From NCBI RefSeq assembly GCF_009914755.1, contig NC_060930.1: DNA of 64,000 nt; one strand, 5' to 3'. The notes under the pieces are model-generated. The model made no database searches, was not told where the DNA came from, and saw only the letters and a list, made by a program, of their open reading frames with translations. Both the position numbers and the translations under genes were made by a program. This document shows, one piece after another, positions 45,873 to 57,100 of the stretch. This stretch comes from the human T2T-CHM13v2.0 reference genome, Homo sapiens. Every line of letters begins with the position of its first letter. Position 1 is the stretch's first letter.

Positions 45873-47659
45873 TCACCGTGGGTTGGCAGAGGCGCTCCTC
45901 CATCCAGTGATTCAGGGACCCAGGTATCCTCCATCTTACGCGCCACCATTTCAACATGTGACTTCCCAGGTCAGCACAGCAAGAGGAAAGAGACGTGGAG
46001 GGGTGTACCCAAGCCTCAGTCCAGAAGTGACTGGCATTATTTATACCCATAGGTCACTGACCAGAACAGTCACATGGCCTCAATCCAACTGCAAGGGAAG
46101 CGGGGAAATGTAGGAGGAGGACATGGGATATTTGGAAAGCTCTGAGGCCATGAATTTAAATGAGAGGGGCCATAGAACTTCTGAAGTCAAAGAAGAAAAG
46201 AGTTCCAGGCCTGGAGCCCCAGAGGGAGGCCTAGCATTTGAGGAGTGGGTGGAAGAAAAGAAGCCCAAAACCACAGAGGAGGGAGGATCCGGGTAGGAAG
46301 ACCGCAGAGAGCATGCTGTTCTGGAAGGAGAGGCAGCCAAAGGTCAAGGGTACGGCTCACGTCCTCTCCCCATCTCCTGTGGTCATGCAATGATTTTGTA
46401 GTCTTGAAATCATTTTCAGTAGATACTGTTTTGTTTCACAGATGGGGAAACTGAAGTTTGGAGAGCTAAGAGGCTCAGGTACCCAAGTCACAGAGACCTG
46501 CAAAAGACTAAAGCCAGGGTCTCTAACCTGACTCCTCAGTTGGCCTTATCTGTGCATGGCCCCAGATCCTGCCTATGCCCAGCGGGGCATCCGACCACCT
46601 TCATGGGCTGGACTAAGGTGGATCCTTACCTCCAGGCTCCTCTCCCTGCTTCCCCAAGAGCATATTACAAGCTCCGAAAGAAGTGTGTTTACAGGGCCCT
46701 CTGAAAACCATGCACTCCCCTAACTTTCCGGATTGAGGGACGGCAGGTAATCAGGATGTGAGGTGGGGCTTTACGAGACCTCTCAAGTCTAGACAAGCCT
46801 CCTGACTCTCTGGGCCTCAGTTTCCTCTGTTAATGTGTATGACGAGGAATAGTGGATGGTCCTTGGGGCTTCACCCAGCTTACCCCTCATTCTACGCTTT
46901 CTTCACCTGCCAGTGAAGGAGTGGCCGAGTGCAGGGCTGACGGGCCCATCCTCACTGATCCCCTCCACCAACAACCCCCACCGGCTATCCATCCTCCTCC
47001 ACTGCTCCAAACGTTAAACCTTTCTCCAGTCACAGACAACCTGGGCTGGCGAAGCCAAAGGAAGGGCCTCATTTGCATACTTGAGCCCCTCCCCAACCCC
47101 TTAGTGTATGCACAGTTGCCATAGCAACTGGCCCAAAAGACTCTTCTTGGCAGTAGCCTCCCCTTTCTGCACTGCTGGAATGCTGGCTGCTTACTCAGGC
47201 TCTGAACACTCAGAGCTCAATCCCTTATTTTAAGGATGAAGAAAATGAGGCCCAGGGGGGACGCTACTTGCCCAAGGGCACACAGCACATTGGTCGCAGA
47301 ATCTTACCTACAATCCAGGTCACCTGATTTCTACCCCAGCGTGCCTGTCATCCTAGGACGGACATGGGGGTCACTTTCTACCCAATGACAAGCGTGCTAC
47401 ATCCGTGCTCTACATCAGGCCTCTGGGGAAGACCTTGGGAAGCTTAAGTGAAGAAACTAACTTCGGGCAGAGACTCAGATATTGCTGAGTGCTAGAGGTG
47501 GAGATACAGCTAAATAGGCTCCTGTAAGTATCCATTCCATAACAAACATTTGTTGTATGCCTGCTATGTGCCAGGTACTGTCCTACACCCTGAAATTCAG
47601 CAGCAATGAAATGTCCTGCCCTGGTGGGGGCTGACAGTCTGGCAGTGGGTGAAAACTAT

Positions 47660-49009
47660 TGTGTCCGGAATTGGTGGGTTCTTGGTCTCGCTGACTTCAA
47701 GAATGAAGCCACAAACCCTCTCGGTGAGTTTCACCGTTCTTAAAGATGGTGTGTCCAGAATTTGTTTCTTCTGAGGTTTGGATGCGTCAGGAGTTTGCTC
47801 CTTCTGGGGACTTCGTGGTCTTCCTGGCTTCAAGAGCAAAGCTGCAGACCTTTATGGTGAGTGTTACAGTTCATAAAGGCAGTATGGCCCCAAATGCTGA
47901 ACAACAGCAAGATTTATCCCACACAGTGAAAAAACAAAGCCTGCACACCGTTAAAGAGAACCTGAGCAATTTGCCACTTCTGGCTGGGGCAGCCTGTTTT
48001 ATTCCCTTATCTAACCCCACCCACATCCTGCTGATTGGCCCATTTTACAGAGAGCTGATTGGCCCATTTTACAGAGAGCTGATTGGCCCATTTTACAGAG
48101 AGTTGATTGGTCTGTTTTGTCAGGGTGCTGATTGGTGCGTTTACAATCCCTGAGCTAAACGCAGAGTGCTGATTGGTGCATTTACAATCCTCCAGCTAGA
48201 TATAAAAGTTCTCCAAGTCCTCACCAGATTAGCTAGACACAGAGCACTGATTGGTGCATTTACAAACTTTTAGCTAGACACAGGGTGCTGATTGGTGCGT
48301 TTAGAAACCTTGAGCTTGACACAGAGTGCTGATTGGTGTATATGCAATCCTCCAGTTAGACATAAAAGTTCTCCAAGTCCCCACCCGACTCAGGAGCCCA
48401 GCTGGCTTTGCCTAGTGGATCCCCGATCATGGCCGAGGGCGGAGCTGCCCACCAGTGCCATGCCGTCCGCCAGCACTCCTCAGCCCTTGGGCGGTCGATG
48501 GGACCGGGCACCGCGAAGCAGGGTGCGACGTCTGTCGCGGAGGCTCCGGCCGCGTGGAAGCCCACCTGGGGCGTGGGGGGCGGCTTGGGCATGGCGGGCT
48601 GCAGGTCCCAAGCTCTGCCCCGCGGGGAGGCGGTTGAGGCCCAGTGAGAATTCAAGCACGACGTGGGCGGGCGGGCCAGCAGTGCAAGGGGACCCAGCAC
48701 ACCCTCCGAAGCTGCTGGCCTGGGTGCTAAGCCCCTCACTGCCTGGGGCTGGCGGCGCCAGCCGGCGGCTCCCAGTGCGGGGCCCGCCAAGCCCGCGAGC
48801 GCCGCGCGGAGCCCTGGTTCCCGCCCGCGCCACTGGTCCCACACCTCCCCGCAAGCAGAGGGAGCCGGCTCCTGCTTCTGCCGGCCCAGAGAGGGGTTCC
48901 CACTGTGCAGCGGCAGGCTGAAGGGTTCTTCAAGAGTGGCCACAGCGGATGCCGAGGCCGAGGAGGTGCTGAGAGCGAGCGAGGGCTGCTAGCACGTTGT
49001 CACTTCTCA
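47660..49009 (-). mobile_element. LTR12-family (ERV9) solo LTR, full length 1350 bp
   Basis: Termini tgtgtccggaattggtgggttcttgg and gtcacttctca. TSD CTAT (47656-47659 / 49010-49013). Nine CCAAT boxes in tandem repeats and a CpG-rich U3. Confidence 0.95.
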
Positions 49010-52000
49010 CTATGAGCAAGCCCTCTGAATATAGGATAAAGTCTAGGGTTGAAGGGGCATTCAGAAAGTGGAGGAGGACCTGCTCTTGAGCTGGGGTAAT
49101 TTGGGGAGCTCTTTCAACACCAGATCTTTCAAAACTTACCTGTCCCCTGTCCCACACCTTAAGGGCAGCTGGTGTCTTGATGCTGAATTCCAGTATGGTT
49201 GCTGGCTGGTTGATGTGTTTTGGGAGAACATGCCTTGGCTCAGAAGCCTGAGGCTTTAACTGCAGAATTCTGGGCACTGACGCTGGAGTTGGGAAGATAT
49301 TTGGGGGCAGCGGGCTCCCTCAAACCATGTGGGCAGCTGGCCGGCCTGTTCCAGCTGGCCTGCAGGCTTGGAGAGTGATTTCAGATGCTCAAGGAAGGAT
49401 CACCCACTGCCACTCACCAGCACCAAAATAATGACGGAAATGCATCTCCTGGTGCAAAAAGACAGCCCTTCACCTCATAGTCAGAAAGAAAGAAGTGCCC
49501 TGAGGGCAGATACCAGTTGCCCTGCAGTCAGCAAACCCTTTCCTGGGGGTGGAGCTCTGTTTAACTCATTATGGAAATTTTCCCGATATACAGGAAGGAG
49601 AGCAGGATAAAGATTGCCCGCTCAAGAATCATCCACTTTTGGCCACGTTGGCTTCAGCTCTGCTGCTCCCTGCCCTGTGTACTTTGAAGCGAACTGGGGC
49701 TGGTTTTATAAGAAAAGGGAGAAGAGGTGCCCTGGAAGTTAAGTGGGTCCCAGGGGGTAGCTGCACCCAGAATGGGGGTGGGGGTCCTGGTTCTGTGGAT
49801 GGAGTAGGAGGAGGTCTGGCTGAAGGAGCCAGGCCCCATTTCCTACCCCAACTCCACCTTTCTTTGTCTTCTCCCTCCCCCCTTCCCCCCCTCACTCGCA
49901 ATAAAAACATAATTATGGTGCTTTATAGAAAAAAAAGGCAAATTATGGTGACATGCTTTAATTATCCACCGAGCAATGGCGGGCTGAATTACACAGGCAG
50001 GGCCTTGGAGGTTACCTAAAAATAAAGCAAGAAGCCTCATTACATGCTAATTGCTGCTTTTGCCAACTGAAGTGAGATTCTGGTGCCGAGTGCCATTTAG
50101 TGCTGGGTTGGGGGTGGGGGTCTGAGCCCTGTGAGGCTCACAGTGCCAGGGCCAAGCCCTGAGGGGCAGCCAGGACCATCCAGGGCAGGCAGGATGACAG
50201 AAGGAGCCCTCAGTGCCAGGGGAGTGCCTCAGTTTCCCCTCCCTGTTCAGTGGGCAGATGGAAACCTGGGATGGGAAGGGGGAGCCGTGGAGCCAGTGAG
50301 GGTGTCAGAAAGAGGGGCGCCCAGCCTTATGCAGGCTCAGCATCTTCTCAGGGGCTCCCCAGGACCCCTTGGAGGCCTGGAGGCTGAGGCAGTGTGGGGG
50401 CAGCTGGCATGTGGCCCACTGAGACCTCTGTCCTGCCTGGCTCTATGCCTCTGCCTCCAGGGCCTGAGAAGTAAGGATGGGAGGGGCAGACCATAAGACA
50501 TTAGAGCTCAGAACAGCCCCTCAGAGCCGGAAGGGACCTGAGACTCTGCTCCTGAGGCGGGTCTCCCCAGGGTCCTAGGAGTTCCACAAAGGTGCCCTGT
50601 GCATCCAGCTGGCCTGGAAGCTCCTGGGTGTCTGCTCAGGCTGGCAGCAGCCCAGCCTTGGGCTTGAGCCCCAGGCAAGCTCGAGTGGGCACTGTTGCTC
50701 CCTCCTGACTTCACAAGCCCCAAAGTCTGGTGCCACTCTTGGCCCACTTGACTGCACGGCCCATCTGCTGGGGAGCTTTTAAAATATGCCCGTGCCCAGC
50801 CCTCCCCCCAGAAGTTCAGGTCCAGTGTTCTGGAGGGAGCCCAGCGTCTCTATTGTCTAGAAGTTCCCCTGCTGGTTAGAAAGTGTGCTGTGGGGTGGGA
50901 TGTCTGCTAGCCCAATCCTTCATTCAGACATTGAGGAGGCTGAGGCCACGGGGGTGAGCACATACCCCCTGCACACAGCAAAGGTCTCTAGGGGCCGCTG
51001 GCTCCCTATCCAGGGTGCCAGGGACCCTGAACCCCCCATCTTGTTGAAATCTAACATTCTGAAGATACTTAGCAGCTTTCTCCAGTCATTAATAATTGAG
51101 GATGAGAGCAAAGGTGAGCAGCCAAGCCAATTGTGAAGGGCCAGGCGTCCCTCCTGCCATGGGCATCAGGGCAGGTCCCACCCAGGCCAGCTGTGGGCCC
51201 CAGCCCTGGCTGCACTGGCCTGAGCCTTCTAGGTGATGGACCCAGGACTCCAGCAGCACCCACCCTCCCAACTGCTGCAGCAGGTCTAGCTGGCAAAAGT
51301 CTTGCTAGGGCCTGGTTCCCTCCTGTCCACCTCAGGCCCACAGAGCCCACCTCTGCACCCCAGGCTCAGATGCCCAAAGTCACACCCACCCAAGGCTTCC
51401 CTCCTCCACCCACCTCATTCTAACAGTCATTTTACTTTGGGACACAGTCTGCTGTATCTCCCCCATCACACTGGAAGCTCCCTGAGGGCAGGGCTATTTC
51501 TTCCCACTGGCAGGGGACTGGTAGTCCCTGAGGGCCCCTCCTGAGAGCCAAGGGGAGCCGAGGGGCAGCATCCCCCTTGGAGAGGTGATTCTCCTGTTAG
51601 AACCTAGATGGGGGCCCCACAGATGTAGGGGGACCTAGGCAAGTCCTGGACTGAGCATGAAACCCCTGCAGGCCCTGCCCTGGACCTAGCCTTGGGCCTC
51701 AGAGCATCAGTCACTTCAGGAGGGGCGTGAGCCACAGAGCAGGCAGGGTGCCCAGGATGGGGGTGCTGCCAGAGTCACCCTGGGGGAGAGCTGGCTGCAC
51801 CCGCTTCTGCATTCCCCATCCCTACCCCCCACCCCCCCACCCCCAACTGCCCTGGAAGCTTTTGGGAGATACCCTTGATCTGGCAACCTAGTTCTGCCTG
51901 ACCGGGCTGGAGCACTGGGTGGAATCTTTTCTGGGCAGAGGTCTTAGGAACCATTCCGCAAGACGATCAGCGAGACACTTCCTTTCCTGTCTCCTTCCCT

Positions 52001-53149
52001 CACACAAACATTTATTGAGCATCTACTAGGTGCTGCACACAGACCCCAGGGAAGAAGAGATTTCCTATGCACAGATGTGTGAGATGCCCAGGCCAGGAGT
52101 AAGAGTGGGCTGATGGAGAAGACATACCTGGCATGATTCAATGTCCCAGCCTCAGTTATACACACACTCTCATACTCTGTCCCTGCGTGGCCCCCTGCCT
52201 AGGGTTCCTCCAGTCCCTTCCACTGTGCTCCATAGCGCTGTCAGCTAGCCTGGAGGTGGGAGGGGGTGCAGGACCCAGGGGCAGGGCAGGAGGGGACGGC
52301 ACAGGCAGCCCAGGCTCCAGCTGCTGCCTATGGCCTCATTGTGTTTCTGGCTCTATAATTTACCCCAGCCAGAGCCCAGCCCCTAAGCGCTCCTGTTTCC
52401 CACCTCCCAACCTGCCAGGGAAGCCAGCTGAGGTGAACACTCGCCATGGGCCTGAGACAGGCATCTGCATGAGCCACCGGGGCCCAAACAGATGATCAGA
52501 CACGCAAACAAGACAGGCACGCATGCGCATGGAGGCGCTGGACGTGCACACAGACACACAGCCAACACAGCCAACACAGCCACACGGCCATGCCTGTGCC
52601 GTGCACTTGTGGGCCCACGTGGACACATAACAACACACTGATCTCCAGGACAGACACACATCTTCTTAGCACCCGAGCCTGGAGCCAACACAAGCAGGAG
52701 GGGACGGCTATGAGTGCTGGCAGCCCGGGAAGCTAACTTCTCAAGAAGAGGACTTCCTGGCTGGAAGGAGAGAGGCACAGGTTATGGGGGCAGGGGTGGA
52801 AGGGCAGTCCCAGGTGTGAGGGGTGTGAGACAGAGGACAGGCAAGGCAGAAATGTTACCCTCCCAGGGCTGCCGGGCAGGGGACAGAGCATACCCCCTAA
52901 TTAGGGGACTACTAGGTGCTGATTCCTGGAATTTCCTGCAATGTCCCTGCCCCTTACCTGGGAATCTGGCCCCTCCATGCCCAAGGCCTCACCACACCAC
53001 ACTAGATCCCAGCCTAGGGAGCAGTCTCCACAGCCCCCAAGCCCTGGGTCTCCAGAGCCCAGTTCCCGCTTCCCTCTAGGTCTAAGCCCTCCAGCTGCAG
53101 GCTGAGCCTGTGGTCCCATGGCAGGACCCTCAGTGGATGTGGAGCCCGG

Positions 53150-54120
53150 GTGCAAAACCATGTGTTTATTTTTATTAGAAATGTTCTTGGTATAAAAACA
53201 ATCATGCGCTACACATTGTCGTCAATAACCATCACCAAACACCCAGGCACTGAACTCCGTGTGGTCGGCAGGAGGGGCAGGCGGGCAGGCGGGCAAGACA
53301 GACGGCAGACGGGCGGGGCAGGCGGGCAAGACACACGGCAGATGGGCGGGGCAGGCGGGCAGGCTGCGGGCCACAGGGACACACACAGAGGCCACCAGGA
53401 GGACGCAGCACTTGGCAACACACTCGAGATTTGTTTTCGTTTTGGCTTTTTTGTGTTTTGATTTTTTTTCCTTTTTTCTCTTTTGCAACATGTAAGGTTT
53501 GGTGAACTGGGGAAGGGTGGCAGGGAGAGGGGAGCAATGGCTGGACGAGAATGAAGCAGAGGAGAACAGGAAAGAAAACGGCAGAAAAGTGACACTGGTG
53601 GGACCCAAGAAAGCAGGAGGAGCTGAGGACAAAGAGGATGAGAGAGAGAGGCGGAGGCAAGAGCCAGAAAGGAGACACAGAAAAGGCCAAGAGTACAAGC
53701 AGCCGGGGACGCCAGAGAGGGAAAAGGTGAAACAAAGAGATAAGAGAACAGAAAGACAGGGCTGGAGACAGACAGAGGGGTCGCCAACAGCACAGACAGA
53801 GACGAAGGGAGGGAGAGATCTAGCACTGGGGCCCACACGACCTGAGCCCCTGTGGTTTGGGGCCGGGAGGGGCAATGGTCCAAGACGCAGGTTCTTGTGG
53901 TAGCCTGGCACCGCCCCGGCCCCTCGTCCTCCTGTTGCTCACCCGGTTTGCCCAGGCTGCCAGCAGTGACGGCTGGGGGCTCTGCTATCCTCAGCACCAA
54001 GCCACGTCCGTGGGTGCCCACGGGCAGGCAAGACAGCTGGGCCCTTGGGTGTGGCCCTGGCCCGACGCACCTTCCACAGGGTCACGGCTCCTCCTCCTGC
54101 TGCTCAGCTCCATGGACTCG
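53150..54120 (-). other. GRM4: GRM4 3'UTR (proximal form)
   Basis: Lies between the stop codon and tandem AATAAA signals. Pyrimidine-rich on the mRNA strand. The exact cleavage position is approximate. Confidence 0.85.
53165..53176 (-). terminator. Tandem poly(A) signals AATAAA-AATAAA
   Basis: Plus strand tttatt tttatt at 53165-53176, about 950 nt after the GRM4 stop. Confidence 0.85.
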
Positions 54121-54170
54121 CTAGATTGCATGGTTGGTGTAAGTGACGTAAGTCTGTTTGGTGGCCAGCG
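54121..54170 (-). CDS. GRM4: GRM4 last coding exon, (A)LATKQTYVTYTNHAI-stop
   Basis: Pyrimidine tract ctctctccttccAG (AG at 54172-54171). The 50 nt complete the phase-1 codon (G+CG=Ala) and end at TAG (54123-54121). Matches the recognised mGluR4 C-terminus ending NHAI. Confidence 0.97.
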
Positions 54171-57100
54171 CTGGAAGGAGAGAGACCAGGGGTACCCAGG
54201 AGTCAGGGGCTGCTTTTCTCAAACTGTCCTTCCACATGGGCACAGCCCTGCACAAGAACCTACCATAGCTCCCCGCCTCTCATGGCATCCAGTCCTGAGC
54301 TGAGCAATCGACACTGCCCCAAACTGCACCGGCCCCGCCTGGCCCACCCGGTTGCTTCTCCTGCTGTTCCTAGCTCCCCATCCAGGGACTGGGCCCATGT
54401 TTCGCACCTCCACGCCTTTGCCGGGCTGGGCTGCTTGCCTGGAGTGCCTTTCCTCTTCCCTTTGTACTCTAGAGATGACTCCTTCCTCTAGCACTCCTTC
54501 CCAAACCCCACTCCTGTGTGAGGGGCTCCCCAGCACGGGGCCCCTGCCACCTCCTAATTCTACCACCCTTCAAAAGAAACCTTTTTTTATGACATCATAT
54601 AACCTTAAAATATTATCAAAGGGAAGTCTTTCAGAAGTTCAACCACACGCATTTTGGATGCGCACATGTAAGGAATATACATTAAACTAGAACAGTGGCC
54701 TAAGGGAAGAGAGTGGGGAACAGGGACAGAGGAAATAAATAATGAAAACCAGAGTGGGGCCGTGCATGGCTAGAAACTGAGGCATGCGATTGACTCAGCC
54801 CTCCGCCCTACACCCAAGGAAACACAAGTCCCCCAGATCCCCAGGGCCCTCTGAGCACCTACCCTTTCTACTTCTTGGTGCCCCTGTCTCCCTCAGTCTT
54901 GAGCCCCCCTTTTCTGCCCCTGTCCCTCTGGCCCTTACTCCACACCAGGACTGGGGTGGTACATGGGGGTATCTCCCATTCCTGTCCACAGCTGAGTGAC
55001 GCCAGCAGCTCTCATGAGCAGTGTGAGTGTCCCCCACCCCTCCAGAGTGCAGACCCCACAGCAGCCTAGTGAGGCAGCCAATGAAGCATTGCCCAACTTG
55101 ACAGATGAGGAACTGAGGCCAGAGGGGTGAGGGGCCTGGCCAGACCCTTGGTTTTGTCCTGTCTAGCCAGGGTTTAGGGCCTCCCTCAGTGGCCTGGGAG
55201 CCGCCTCAGTGGTGGTAATCAGGGCAGTATTGCTGCCTGGGGCAGGGGCTGATCTGCGAGTCTGGAGAGAAGCAGTGGGTGGGAGAAACCAGCTGTCCTT
55301 TGTCTAAAAGCTGCCCTGACCCTCGGTCAGGATCTGTTGGCTCAAAAAGGAGGCACATCTGCCAGACTCAGCCAGGGGCATCTGGAGAAGAGAAAACTGG
55401 GGGACAAGTGTGGTGGTCTACAAATTGTCCCCCCGATCCTCTCTCCCCTATTTCACTGGGCACATGACTCTGAAGGACTAGGTTTCCCAGCCTCCCTTGC
55501 AGCTAGCTGAGGCCTTACCTGACTGTGTTCTTCCTCATGAAATACACATGGAAGGACTGTGTGCAGCTCCCATGTCATTCAATTAAAATGGGTCTTTCCC
55601 CCATGCGTCTTCTCTTTTCCCTTCCATGAGCAGAACAACCATTGAGGTCATCTAGCCTCAATCTTCAGGGAGCCAATGGAGCAACAAGATGGAAGGATCC
55701 TGGGTCCTCACTCCCACCCACCCACCATGTCCTATTACGGCAGAGAGCAACAAACATCTGTCTGATTTGAGCTGCTCAGTTCTGGGACCTCTTTGTCACA
55801 GCAGTGTAACTGGAAGCCCACTAACACAGGCAGAAGTTTGGTGTCCAACTAACAGTCTATCACATGTGGACGAAGCAAACTGCTTGAGGATGGGGTGAGC
55901 AGAGGGGTCCACCATGGGACCAGTAGGGAGGCATGAAGGTCAGGGTCCAGCTCAGTTAAAGGAAGAATTTTCTCCTGGCCAGAGTTGGGTGGAGTCAGTG
56001 GCCTATGAGCTCCCTGTCAACAGAAAAATTCAAGCAGACGATGAAGAATCACTTAGCCGGATGGTGGTGGGCAAGTTTCAAGGTTTATGTGCTACCTGGA
56101 CAGGTGCCAATGGAAGAAAATGGTGCCACAACATCCAAAAAAAGAATAAGAACACAGCATGGCACCTTACAGCTCATGAAGAATTCCCACCTTCATCTCT
56201 GAAATGACCCATGTCCTTCCAGGGTGCTGGATGACCAAGAGGGCAGAGGGACCACAGGACAGGTCATTTTGGATGGGGCAGCATCCAGGAGGTAGCCTGG
56301 GATGGCAGGTGCTGAGAGGGAGATGAGCACAGACCAGCACCCTGAGGGCGGGAGCCGAGATTCTAGTTGCTGGGAGGCCTCACACTCTCTCTGAGCCTCA
56401 GGCAGCTCTTCCCCTCCTTTGCTGGGCCTCAGTTTCCCTGCTTGTAACTTGAGCAAAGTGGCCCTTTTTGCCTAGACTACTTCTCCTGAGGGGCTTCCAA
56501 CTGCCTCCAACATCTTCACCCCATTCTATCCCCCATGGTCAGAAAAGGAACAGCAGTGGCTATGCGAATCACAGCAGGCCAGGCTGGTGAGAATCAATTC
56601 CCCAGAGCTCCGTCACCCCCTGGGGGAACTGATAAAACTGAGCTTCCAAGCCTGTAAAACCCATCAGCAGCTCCTGGCTCAGAGGTGAAAAAAACTCTCA
56701 GCAGCCACAACAAAATCTCCACTGACTGCAGGGGATGCGAGCCTGAGGGCAGCTGAGGGGCACCAGGGGCAGCTGCAGACTAGAGAAAGTGTAGAGAGGA
56801 AGGACCACAGGGCCTCTGCTCTCCTCTAATGCCCTACCTGTCTGCCCTAGAAAACCCAGCTCACAGGTTCCAGAAGCTGGGGAGCTCTTCACCCAAGCCT
56901 CAGTCTCACCATCTGGAAAATGGGAGCCGTGAGTCTGCCCAGGGCCCCCATGAGCTAACAGTGAGGCTCCAAGGGAAAGGTTCACCGGAAGTCAGGACAC
57001 TTGGGGACCAGTCCTGCCCGCAATGCTGTGGGGGAATCTCGACACCTGCCATGTGGCCCTTCTAACAAACTGACCTTCTCAGAGCCGAGAGTCTCTCATC

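Noticed and set aside
48031-48340. Spaced repeats superficially like a CRISPR array
   Set aside because: They are the known CCAAT tandem repeats of LTR12 in a human locus. There are no unique spacers or cas genes.
48292-48992. Cluster of 100-209 aa ORFs
   Set aside because: All lie within the GC-rich U3 of the LTR12.
51781-51790. miR-1275 target site (nt 2-11 match) in a putative long GRM4 3'UTR
   Set aside because: The same 10-mer also occurs at 25921, so chance in G-rich DNA is sufficient. The long UTR is itself unproven.
53209-54123. Stop-codon read-through of GRM4 into the 270-aa in-frame UTR ORF
   Set aside because: The ORF is in the CDS frame, but an in-frame TGA occurs 13 codons after the TAG (CGA GTC ... 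CCG TGA), so read-through could not reach it.
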